From a virus (taxonomy: Duplodnaviria > Caudoviricetes), in IMG/VR virus record IMGVR_UViG_3300005805_000121, positions 1 to 50,792 of that record: DNA of 50,792 nucleotides, one strand, 5' to 3'. Under the pieces are notes generated by a model. That model ran no database searches. It was not told where the DNA came from and saw nothing but the letters and a program-made list of their open reading frames with translations. Of this stretch, positions 9,610 to 17,977 are shown piece by piece. Position 1 is the stretch's first letter; each line of letters opens with the position of its first letter. The position numbers and the translations under genes are program-made.

Positions 9610-10413
9610 TTAACTTGGTTTGGAGCGCAAAATACTTTGAGTTATTTCGTCTGATATTATATCAGGCATATAGGGTTTAAGTAAAAGTATTTGGTCTCCA
9701 TACAGACTAGAATTAGGTATGGGCATACCTTGACCTGCTATTTTTAATTGCAGATATGGTTGTGTTTTGGGAGGGACAGTAACTTCAAATATTTTTCCCG
9801 AAATAGTTTGAAAGTTTATTTTTGTACCAACAATCAAATCTAATATAGAAATTTTTTGATTGCAATATAAGTCATTTCCTCTGCGTTCAAATTTTAAATT
9901 GGGTGCTATTTTAAATTCTACTATCAATGAGGTATTATTATCTAAAATATTATCGTATCGTAGATGTGAATTGTCTGATAACCCTTTAGGTATATCAACA
10001 TTAATAATTTTTTGACCCATCGGGGTTTGTAATTTTAAAACATGTGTGGCCCCGCGATATGCATCTTCTAATGACACAGTAACATGTGTTCTGAATACTT
10101 GCTTATTAGACCTAGGGCCGAACGGTGTTCCTGCACGTTGAGAAAACATGTGTGCAAAAATTGATGCCGGATCAAAATTACCGGTAAACATCGTACCAAA
10201 GCCTTCGGGAAACCCACCGAATTGTTGTGGATTATCGTACTGACTTTTCTTTTCTGGATCACTAAGTATACGGTATGCTTCTTCAATTTTTTGAAACATG
10301 GCAGTATCACCACCCTTATCTGGGTGGTGTTGACTTGCCAATTTTCTATATGCTTTTTTAATTTCGTCAGGCGTAGCTGTTTTGGATACGCCTAACGTTT
10401 CATAATGGTCCAT
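9610..10413 (-). CDS. dnaJ: DnaJ-class co-chaperone (type II/CbpA-like, no Zn finger)
   Basis: J domain with HPD (HHPDKGG), G/F-rich linker, DnaJ C-terminal domain. Confidence 0.92.
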   Translation of the reverse strand: MDHYETLGVSKTATPDEIKKAYRKLASQHHPDKGGDTAMFQKIEEAYRILSDPEKKSQYDNPQQFGGFPEGFGTMFTGNFDPASIFAHMFSQRAGTPFGPRSNKQVFRTHVTVSLEDAYRGATHVLKLQTPMGQKIINVDIPKGLSDNSHLRYDNILDNNTSLIVEFKIAPNLKFERRGNDLYCNQKISILDLIVGTKINFQTISGKIFEVTVPPKTQPYLQLKIAGQGMPIPNSSLYGDQILLLKPYMPDIISDEITQSILRSKPS

Positions 10414-10419
10414 GTATTG

Positions 10420-10448
10420 ATACTAGCACAATCTTGTGCTTATGTCAA
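10420..10448 (-). promoter_or_regulatory. Sigma70-type promoter for dnaJ, leaderless, with a palindrome in the spacer
   Basis: TTGACA-N17-TAGTAT-N6-ATG; AGCACAA-N2-TTGTGCT at 10425-10440. Confidence 0.65.
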
Positions 10449-10451
10449 TAT

Positions 10452-11054
10452 TTAATTCTTGGTAGCACCTTCTATTTTTTCTTTAGTTCTACCGTATGCT
10501 GCAATACCTAGCACTGCACCCATTGCAATATGGTACAATCCTGCACCTTGTAATGTTAACGGTTGCCATTGACTAGTAACTTGACCTTTACTTAATGCTT
10601 GTAACAATGACCAAAGAACAGGGAAAATAACGAAATCGGTAATGCAGGTCAACATATAACTCCATCCCATTGCAGGACGCCATTTTTTGTTTATCCAATC
10701 ACTACTCTCTTTATCATGAGCGACCAATACATCTGCACCACTTGCTGCATTCGTGGGTGCAGCACCGGTTAATACTGGTGTTGATCCGGTTGATTGATTT
10801 ATATTTGTTGTGCTTCCAAAACTTGTTGTTGCTTGTTGGTTAAATGCTGGTGAACTAAAACTGCCGGGGTTGCCGAAGCCTCCTGCCGAAGATGAGCCAA
10901 ATGCTGAAGACCCGCCAAACGATGAGGATTCATAAGTTGTTCCTTGTGGGAATTGTTGAATTGATGGATCGTTTGCAAGTTGTGAGTATTGTTCATCATC
11001 TGTTGCCATTGGTCTTTCTTGACCAGCCTTTCGAGGTAATATTGTTGTTGCCAT
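10452..11054 (-). CDS. Holin-like membrane protein (GTA-type 3TM holin family) with a long low-complexity N-terminus
   Basis: C-terminal KWRPAMGWSYM...LYHIAMGAVLGIAAYGRTKEKI with hydrophobic helices; GGAG SD. Confidence 0.65.
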   Translation of the reverse strand: MATTILPRKAGQERPMATDDEQYSQLANDPSIQQFPQGTTYESSSFGGSSAFGSSSAGGFGNPGSFSSPAFNQQATTSFGSTTNINQSTGSTPVLTGAAPTNAASGADVLVAHDKESSDWINKKWRPAMGWSYMLTCITDFVIFPVLWSLLQALSKGQVTSQWQPLTLQGAGLYHIAMGAVLGIAAYGRTKEKIEGATKN

Positions 11055-11064
11055 TGTCGCTCCC

Positions 11065-11604
11065 TTATAGTCCCGCTTTACTAATAAAATCTTTTAACTC
11101 TGCGTCTTTTTTATATATTGTTTTATTAGTTAAGCCTGCGATATTTCGCATTTCATTTAATTCTTCTTCTTTTTCTTGTTCTATTTTATACTCGTTTGGA
11201 TTGCAAATGATTACCTGTTTTAAAATTTGTTCTTCAGGCTCATAATCTTCATCATCTATTTTTATAGTCCAATCTGATAACTTCAAATTTGTTAATGTTT
11301 TTAGGTCTGATATTATTTCTACTATTCTTTCAGGAACTGTAGACCTGCGATTTATTTCTACAAATAGTAACCACTTACCTGATTCTACTTCACCTGTACT
11401 CAGACTTGCATCCAGTATGTAATCATAACCCTTTTCAAACCAATCTACTAAATCGTTTCCAGCTTCCTTAGATCGTACAACAAAAGCTAATGTAACTATA
11501 TCACTATCTTTGCCCATTTTAGCCGCATATTCGTCTACAGTGACAAGTGGTTCTACTTGTCCTTCCATGTCATGATAATCTAATCCTTCGTATAATCGTT
11601 TCAT
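11065..11604 (-). CDS. Hypothetical phage protein (start revised to MKRLYEG)
   Basis: ATG 11604 abuts the upstream stop at 11606; ends with repeated xAGL motifs. Confidence 0.7.
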   Translation of the reverse strand: MKRLYEGLDYHDMEGQVEPLVTVDEYAAKMGKDSDIVTLAFVVRSKEAGNDLVDWFEKGYDYILDASLSTGEVESGKWLLFVEINRRSTVPERIVEIISDLKTLTNLKLSDWTIKIDDEDYEPEEQILKQVIICNPNEYKIEQEKEEELNEMRNIAGLTNKTIYKKDAELKDFISKAGL

Positions 11605-11605
11605 A

Positions 11606-12226
11606 TTACATCGGCGGAGCCGCTCCTGGAGCCGGCGGAGGTGCTGCACCTAACTCAGGTGGAGCCATTCCTGCACCTTGATTGTTATCTTGTTCAGATT
11701 GTTGCGTATTTTCTTTATCTAAATCTTCTTCGTATGCACTGTCAATATCATCTAAATCAATAGTTTGATCTGCCAAATCTATTGAACCTTCTTTGATTTC
11801 ATTCATCAATGCTTTGGGTACTGTTATTTGTACGAACCAAACTTCTTTTTCAACACCTTTGGGATATCTCGTTCCTTGAACAAAATCGTCGTAATTCTTT
11901 ACCTCAATAGGAACTTTTATTTTGGATTTTGCAAATGCAATACTGCAACCAATGCTAGCTAAACGTTTAGCTCCACTAGGATCTGGCATTAATTTATATG
12001 GCCACATGAAGGTACAAGTAACGCTGTATTTACTGGAATCTGGACCTTGAACTAACTCACCTAGAATCCAATTTTTGAATGCATACAAATCTGCTTCATC
12101 AAGTACACGTTCGAAATCCAACAACGTTGACATGGTCCCGTCACTGGTCATAATACCTTTGATATTGCTGATAATGCTAACAAAGTCAACATCATCGAAA
12201 AAAGTGTCGGCGGATTTTTGTTTCAT
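11606..12226 (-). CDS. Hypothetical phage protein with an acidic, Pro-rich tail
   Basis: 206-aa ORF directly behind a late motif. Confidence 0.75.
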   Translation of the reverse strand: MKQKSADTFFDDVDFVSIISNIKGIMTSDGTMSTLLDFERVLDEADLYAFKNWILGELVQGPDSSKYSVTCTFMWPYKLMPDPSGAKRLASIGCSIAFAKSKIKVPIEVKNYDDFVQGTRYPKGVEKEVWFVQITVPKALMNEIKEGSIDLADQTIDLDDIDSAYEEDLDKENTQQSEQDNNQGAGMAPPELGAAPPPAPGAAPPM

Positions 12227-12230
12227 CTAG

Positions 12231-12238
12231 TATTTATC
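12231..12238 (-). promoter_or_regulatory. Late promoter GATAAATA 4 nt upstream of ATG; second copy at 12287-12294
   Basis: GATAAATA-CTAG-ATG. Confidence 0.7.
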
Positions 12239-12395
12239 TCTCTGTAGATTATTTGTTGATATTCAAAATTTCTGAGGACAGCCTAATATTTATCTGATAG
12301 AATTGCGTTTTAAGTATGCTAGTATACAATGTTTTCTATAGTTTAAATATTGTTTGAATGTTCATGCATTCATAGCTCTAGAAAAGGAGAACAAC

Positions 12396-13172
12396 TTGAG
12401 CAAACGCAAAACCAGCGCATTACGCAGTAGAGACAACACAGCAAGATACACAGAGTTCCCCGAAGTAAAGACATTCTATGTCAATCAATCAAAAACGATA
12501 GATTTTAGTCAGGCACAGCCCAAGAAGGCAAGAAAGCCAATAGAACTAATTCCAAAATCTATTAATCAAGAAAAATACATTATTTCCCTCCTAGATGATG
12601 AAACCGATATTGTCGTAGTTTCAGGACCTGCAGGTACAGGAAAAACGTATTTGGCTATGCAAGCTGCTATTAAAGCACTACGGTCAGGTGAGTGTAATCA
12701 AATTATTTTGACTAGACCTGCAGTAGGAGTAGATGATGAAAAACATGGATTTTTACCTGGTGATTTAAATGCCAAAATGGAACCGTGGACTCGTCCTCTA
12801 CTAGACGTACTCAAAGAATATTACTCAGTTAAAGAAATACAACAAATGCTAGAAGAACAGATCATTGAAATCGCACCACTAGCATTTTGCCGAGGAAGAA
12901 ACTTCAAGCAAAGCTGGATTATTCTTGATGAGTCGCAAAACTGCACTCCAAGTCAACTTAAAATGATTATGACCCGAATCGGAGAAGGTAGTAAATTAAT
13001 TATTACAGGAGATATAGAACAAACAGATAGAAAAACTGCTCAAAATGGTTTAATGGATCTCATTGATAAACTGAATAGTTATCAAGTTCCAGGGCTAAGC
13101 CTATGTAAATTTGATGTTAAGGATGTTCAGCGACATAAAATCATTGAACACATATTAAAATTATATAGTTAA
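12396..13172 (+). CDS. phoH: PhoH-like ATPase
   Basis: GPAGTGKTYLA, LTRPAV, GFLPGDL, RGRNF, DESQN, TGDIEQTD. TTG start at 12396 follows AAGGAG. Confidence 0.95.
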   Translation: MSKRKTSALRSRDNTARYTEFPEVKTFYVNQSKTIDFSQAQPKKARKPIELIPKSINQEKYIISLLDDETDIVVVSGPAGTGKTYLAMQAAIKALRSGECNQIILTRPAVGVDDEKHGFLPGDLNAKMEPWTRPLLDVLKEYYSVKEIQQMLEEQIIEIAPLAFCRGRNFKQSWIILDESQNCTPSQLKMIMTRIGEGSKLIITGDIEQTDRKTAQNGLMDLIDKLNSYQVPGLSLCKFDVKDVQRHKIIEHILKLYS

Positions 13173-13199
13173 CATAAGGGGCATATGCCCCTTATGTTA
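13170..13199. terminator. 30-bp perfect palindrome between convergent genes (probable bidirectional terminator)
   Basis: TAACATAAGGGGCAT|ATGCCCCTTATGTTA; contains both stop codons. Confidence 0.75.
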
Positions 13200-14103
13200 T
13201 ATCCCAATTTACCACACTTGTCGTTACCAACAGGTTTCTAAAATTGGACATTTGTTGATGTGATTTTAAAAATTCAATTTCTGTACCGTTAACTGTTATT
13301 TTAGTTAGGGAACCTATTTGACAGTATCCAAATCTAATAGAAGGGTCATCAATATCCACTCCAAAAAAATCTAAGCCTCCCCTATCATTATAAAATTTTT
13401 CCCATGACCTGTAAAACCTATCTTTATTCAATGGGTTAATAAGTCTCCTGTCACAAAAATGCAACCGTGCCGATGCATTATATAACGATTGTGGTACGTA
13501 CTGATCTTTGGGGCAAACTAAATCTTTAGCGTGATATAACTCCCATGCATGTCTACCCACATGTACATAATGCAACATCAATTGACCAAAATTAAAGTAA
13601 CCATTGAATAGTGAGTATGCAGATTCAGGTATAACGTATTTTTCTAAAGGAGGATTTATTTTATTAAAATCTAAATTTATTGAAAACTTGCTATTAGTCC
13701 TGTTATCCTGATAATAGTCTAGCAAGACGGGTTCTAACCAGTGGATAGTGTCATTATACTCGCTTAAATGCTTTCTTAAAAAAGCAAAGTTATCATCATA
13801 TTCTAGTTCCGGAAAATGCGTATGCATCTTGTTCAAACCATCTTGATGATTTTCACCCAGCAATAAAACTTTTTCAATTTTTCTAGGTACATGAGGGTTG
13901 ATATAATCAATTAATTCATACAGCCTATCTATTCGTTTCTGCATTAACAATGGATTATAGCAAGCCGAATAATGATTTATTGGGCAAAGTTCATTTGTAT
14001 TTCGTTCGATTATTAGACTAGCCCAATGTTCTGCAATTTCATGCTCAACCAAATCATAAGAAAGTTCTATGTCAGATGTAAATCTGATAACAAACTTTTT
14101 CAT
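13192..14103 (-). CDS. Hypothetical protein (303 aa)
   Basis: Long ORF; no family recognised. Confidence 0.7.
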   Translation of the reverse strand: MKKFVIRFTSDIELSYDLVEHEIAEHWASLIIERNTNELCPINHYSACYNPLLMQKRIDRLYELIDYINPHVPRKIEKVLLLGENHQDGLNKMHTHFPELEYDDNFAFLRKHLSEYNDTIHWLEPVLLDYYQDNRTNSKFSINLDFNKINPPLEKYVIPESAYSLFNGYFNFGQLMLHYVHVGRHAWELYHAKDLVCPKDQYVPQSLYNASARLHFCDRRLINPLNKDRFYRSWEKFYNDRGGLDFFGVDIDDPSIRFGYCQIGSLTKITVNGTEIEFLKSHQQMSNFRNLLVTTSVVNWDIT

Positions 14104-14357
14104 TTAACCGTAGAGTTTTCTTTTTCCAATTGAGCTACTAGATTTGGATATATTTTTCTGTAATATTCTACCATTCGATCAAAATCAGTATCTACAACTT
14201 TACCTTCTATAACACACTTTTCTACTTTCTTTTTAGAAAAGTCTAAAATTACGTTACACATTTGATTGTCACTGGGGCGAACACGTTTGGATACTTGAAC
14301 TTGTTCATCGATTTGTCCGCCGGGCTTACGTAAAAAAGTAATTAACAAATACTTCAT
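14100..14357 (-). CDS. Hypothetical protein (85 aa)
   Basis: 4-bp overlaps with both neighbours. Confidence 0.7.
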   Translation of the reverse strand: MKYLLITFLRKPGGQIDEQVQVSKRVRPSDNQMCNVILDFSKKKVEKCVIEGKVVDTDFDRMVEYYRKIYPNLVAQLEKENSTVK

Positions 14358-15277
14358 GCAGTTAACTCCACTAATGTCGCAGCTAAACTAATCTCAGGAA
14401 TACCTACTAGTGGTAGGTTAGCAAGACCATTCCTTATAGTAATAATTGCTGCATCTTTCTTTTCTTGCTCTTTGCCCCAAAGGTCTAAGTTATCATACAT
14501 CCATCGATATACTTCTTCAATACGTGTAGGATACAATGAAAGATATTGCATTAACTGTTGTCTGCCTTCAAGAATTTTACCCTTTTTGAACAACGATGTA
14601 GCTTCTAACAAGAATGAGTTTTCTCCAGATTCTTGTGTCTGCGGTGGTAATAGTTTACCTGAACTACTGTTAACTTGTAACTGATTTAAACATTTACGCA
14701 AATCAGGATATGTAGCACGAACATACGTATCAAGCGTATCTAAATCAAATTCTACATTTTCGCTAACCAAAACCGTCGCTGCACGTGCAGTAAATTCTGT
14801 CATATCAGTTTTACTGATATGGAATTCATGACAACGTGATTTCAATGCAGGAATAATTTTATATTGATAGTTACACGTTAGTATGTACCTAACAGTTTGA
14901 TGATATGCCTCCATATCATTACGTAATGCTGCTTGTGCAGGCTGTGTTAGATAATCAGCCTCGTCCAACAATACGATCTTGAATTGACCAAACGGCATAG
15001 TTTGCACGAATCCGTTAATTTTCTCACGCAAATTGTCGATGCCGTTTTCACGTGACGCATTGATTTCCAACACATCATAATCTTCAACTTTAAGTTCATT
15101 GATAAGAACTTTAGCCAAAGTTGTTTTTCCTGTACCCGGATCGCCACTGAGCAAAAGATGCGGGATACTTTCATCCTTAATCCATTGCTCAACTTGTTGG
15201 CGCTGCCTGTCATCAACGAATACGTACTCATCGACTGTCTTAGGTCTGTACGATTCTACCCAAAGTTTATTCTTCAT
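14354..15277 (-). CDS. gp44: Sliding-clamp loader subunit (T4 gp44/RFC small-subunit-like)
   Basis: LWVESYRP, GDPGTGKTT, EINAS, LLDEAD, CNY, SRC, DLRK motifs. Confidence 0.92.
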   Translation of the reverse strand: MKNKLWVESYRPKTVDEYVFVDDRQRQQVEQWIKDESIPHLLLSGDPGTGKTTLAKVLINELKVEDYDVLEINASRENGIDNLREKINGFVQTMPFGQFKIVLLDEADYLTQPAQAALRNDMEAYHQTVRYILTCNYQYKIIPALKSRCHEFHISKTDMTEFTARAATVLVSENVEFDLDTLDTYVRATYPDLRKCLNQLQVNSSSGKLLPPQTQESGENSFLLEATSLFKKGKILEGRQQLMQYLSLYPTRIEEVYRWMYDNLDLWGKEQEKKDAAIITIRNGLANLPLVGIPEISLAATLVELTA

Positions 15278-15963
15278 TCTTTTTTGCCACCGAATAGTTG
15301 TAGTAAAGATAAGAAGATATTAATGAAATCTAGGTATAATGTCAATGCCCCGGTGACTTCTGCTACGCCCGTATCTGTATCATAGCTAACCATTTCACGA
15401 ATTTTCTGTGTGTCATACGCAGTTAGACCCAAGAAAATAATGATAGCCAATGCGCTAATGACCATAGCAAAGACGCTACTGCCGATAAAAATATTGATAA
15501 TACTGGCAATAATAATGGCAATAAGACCAACAAACATAAACTTGCCAACACTATCCAAACTAGTTTTAGTAAAGTACCCATATACACTCATTACTCCGAA
15601 TAAGACTGCCGCACCCATAAAAGCAGTAAAGATACTACCCATTTGATATACCGCAAAGATAGTAGCGAAACTTAAACCCATCAATGCTGCAAAACCATAT
15701 AGCATTAACAATGCTATTGATTTTGGTGGATTACTATTCAATGCGATTGAAATGCCAATGATAGCTACTAATGGTGCAAAAATCACAATCCATTTAGTTA
15801 TTCCCGTAAAGAAAAACTCTAACAATGCAGGAGTAGTTCCTACAAAATAACTAACAACCATACTGATCAATACTGCTAGACTCATGTTTTGATAAACTCT
15901 AGCCATTGCAGTGTTTACTTCTGCGGCTGTGCGATAACTAGGTAATATTGCTGTGTTAAACAT
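15274..15963 (-). CDS. Bax inhibitor-1/YccA family membrane protein
   Basis: About seven TM helices; LTAYDTQKI and ALTLYLDFINIF signatures. Confidence 0.9.
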   Translation of the reverse strand: MFNTAILPSYRTAAEVNTAMARVYQNMSLAVLISMVVSYFVGTTPALLEFFFTGITKWIVIFAPLVAIIGISIALNSNPPKSIALLMLYGFAALMGLSFATIFAVYQMGSIFTAFMGAAVLFGVMSVYGYFTKTSLDSVGKFMFVGLIAIIIASIINIFIGSSVFAMVISALAIIIFLGLTAYDTQKIREMVSYDTDTGVAEVTGALTLYLDFINIFLSLLQLFGGKKE

Positions 15964-15964
15964 A

Positions 15965-16261
15965 TTAGCTCCTTAATGCTTCGAATGTTATAATTTTACC
16001 GATCTCTTCACCTAAATCTTTTTCATCGGTAATAATATGTAAACCGGAGTTGTTTCTATCATTTTTCTTGTCGTATGTACGATGCTCAATAATATAACCA
16101 CCATTGGCTCGATGCACAGTAAAGTTTAACCCATGTGTACTAATGCTATTATCACGTGTAGCTACTAGATTACCAGCCGGTAAAGCCAACTCCTTTTCTT
16201 GCCTAGAATTTTCCCAAGCTTCCCTACATTTCTTTTCAAACCATTTATTAAACCACTTCAT
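15965..16261 (-). CDS. Hypothetical protein (98 aa)
   Basis: Tightly packed in the operon. Confidence 0.7.
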   Translation of the reverse strand: MKWFNKWFEKKCREAWENSRQEKELALPAGNLVATRDNSISTHGLNFTVHRANGGYIIEHRTYDKKNDRNNSGLHIITDEKDLGEEIGKIITFEALRS

Positions 16262-16644
16262 TCTTCCACCTTTGTAATTTCAACATCACACGTAATATAC
16301 AATTCTGTTTCGTCGCAGATCCAACCCTCTTCTTCTAATTCATAAACAGAAATTTCACCATTGAGGCGTTCTTCCATTTCTTCACGTTCTTCGTCAGTCC
16401 ATTCACCTTCGAATTCGTTTTCTTCCCAAGAACCATCTGTCGTTGAAAAATCTACAACTTCAAAATCTGCTGCAAATAAGTCTGTGTCCTCGTCAATTTC
16501 GGGAGGATCGTCACCTTCTGTTTCGATAGTAAACTCGCCCCAACGCCAACCAATTTCGTTGATGATAGTTTTACTGTCTTTGACCCAAAAGGCTCTCTCT
16601 ACGACAGATTTCTTCCATGTAGGTTCTACTTTCCAAGTTGCCAT
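16258..16644 (-). CDS. Highly acidic, Trp-rich hypothetical protein (start revised to MATWKV)
   Basis: About one third Asp/Glu by my count; ATG abuts the groES stop. Confidence 0.7.
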   Translation of the reverse strand: MATWKVEPTWKKSVVERAFWVKDSKTIINEIGWRWGEFTIETEGDDPPEIDEDTDLFAADFEVVDFSTTDGSWEENEFEGEWTDEEREEMEERLNGEISVYELEEEGWICDETELYITCDVEITKVEE

Positions 16645-16645
16645 A

Positions 16646-17011
16646 TTAATATACCTTATCACTCATTGTTTGATCATTTACGGGTTCATCGCTAACCATA
16701 AGAACATCGTTATTATCGACTTTACGGATAGTATGTTCACCTTGTTCATCTTCTATCTTAATGCCTCTTGTCCAGCGACCGTGACTAATTAGGATATATT
16801 GCCCAACCTTTACGTCTTTTTGATCAGGACCAATTGCATATACTTTAGCCCAACGTGGGCGAATACCAGAACTTTTCATGTCATCATTTAGAATGACAAT
16901 GCCACCGTTACTTATTCGTTCATCAAATGTCATATCTGACACAATGATGTTATCACGTAATGGATGCAATGCTTTGATTTTATGTGGTGAAAATGCTGCT
17001 TTAGTTTCCAT
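16646..17011 (-). CDS. groES: GroES/Cpn10-like co-chaperonin
   Basis: LHPLRDNIIV, mobile loop SNGGIVI, VYAIGP...VKVGQYI, NDVLMV. Confidence 0.85.
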   Translation of the reverse strand: METKAAFSPHKIKALHPLRDNIIVSDMTFDERISNGGIVILNDDMKSSGIRPRWAKVYAIGPDQKDVKVGQYILISHGRWTRGIKIEDEQGEHTIRKVDNNDVLMVSDEPVNDQTMSDKVY

Positions 17012-17414
17012 TTTTTGTTTCCCTAGCTTTGATATTTTCTACTTCGATATCATCCTCTAGTTCTGCTTCTAGCATACGTTCTTGTTCAGTCAATTCAGGT
17101 AATACCTTTTGTGGCTGTGCGGCAACCGGTGTCTGTGGCTTGCTTTCTACCTTAGGTATAGGATCGTTGCCTTTTCTAGGTTTATTAACCTGACGAACAG
17201 AATTTCTTACAGGCTGTGCAGACCTATTTCCTACAGTTTTAGAATATTGATTAGTAACCTTATTAGTTACTGGTTCAATAATTTTACCATATGCATCGAT
17301 GGTGTCCCCGCGGGCATTTACTTTCATGTTACCCACAGCCCTGGTTCTCTCATTCTTAGCTAGCAATTCAGTCATATCAATAGTACGACCTTGTGCAGTT
17401 CGATACTTTGCCAT
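17001..17414 (-). CDS. Hypothetical phage protein
   Basis: AAGGAG SD; late-like AGTAAATA at 17433-17440. Confidence 0.75.
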   Translation of the reverse strand: MAKYRTAQGRTIDMTELLAKNERTRAVGNMKVNARGDTIDAYGKIIEPVTNKVTNQYSKTVGNRSAQPVRNSVRQVNKPRKGNDPIPKVESKPQTPVAAQPQKVLPELTEQERMLEAELEDDIEVENIKARETKNGN

Positions 17415-17435
17415 ATTTTTTCTCCTTTAAACTAT

Positions 17436-17942
17436 TTACTTCAAGAATTCATCAATATTTAGATCATAATAAAGAGAGTTTATTTTATGTACCCCCAACA
17501 AAAATAATACAAAACTGGCTACGGAGCTTCCCCTTCCGACACCCCAAATGACATTATGTTTACGCATGGTATCCACTAAGTATTTGAGATATGTTAGCAA
17601 CGGAAACATATCCCTTTCAAAAAATAACAAAAGTTCTTGTCCTGCACGTTGCAATTCTTCGTCAGTTTTGCATTGATCTAGTATATATTTGGCTATATCA
17701 AAATCTTTGTAAGAGTCTGGTATGAACCATTTTTCTTGTAAGCTTTTATCAAATTCTTCCACTGATACCAATTTCGGTTCGTGAGTTACAAACTTAGGTA
17801 GGTAAGTAGTATCAATTATGTCTGATATTTTTATGGGATTATCTACTATTACCCGTTTTAACCTTAAATCGGGATTAGACATGTAAAGATTACATATGTC
17901 TGTTTCGGTATACACAGGTTGCCCGTAGCCGTCTCTTTTCAT
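17436..17942 (-). CDS. dnaE: DNA polymerase III alpha (DnaE) fragment; split C-family polymerase subunit
   Basis: R...EL...YLKYLVD...WGVGRGSSVASFVLFLLGVHKIN...YDL...FLK; stops just before the catalytic PDIDID segment. Start revised to ATG 17942. Confidence 0.8.
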   Translation of the reverse strand: MKRDGYGQPVYTETDICNLYMSNPDLRLKRVIVDNPIKISDIIDTTYLPKFVTHEPKLVSVEEFDKSLQEKWFIPDSYKDFDIAKYILDQCKTDEELQRAGQELLLFFERDMFPLLTYLKYLVDTMRKHNVIWGVGRGSSVASFVLFLLGVHKINSLYYDLNIDEFLK

Positions 17943-17948
17943 AATACA

Positions 17949-17977
17949 ATTATACAAGTAACAGTGTCACTTGTCAA
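17949..17977 (-). promoter_or_regulatory. Consensus sigma70 promoter, leaderless, with a palindromic spacer
   Basis: TTGACA-N17-TATAAT-N6-ATG; near-perfect inverted repeat at 17954-17974. Confidence 0.8.

Noticed and set aside
10423-10442. Canonical CIRCE/HrcA operator
   Set aside because: The arms only partly match and the spacer is 2 nt rather than 9 nt.
17436-17942. dnaE pseudogene or split-intein gene
   Set aside because: Clean ORF with a consensus promoter; no intein motif at the C-terminus and no frameshifted continuation downstream.
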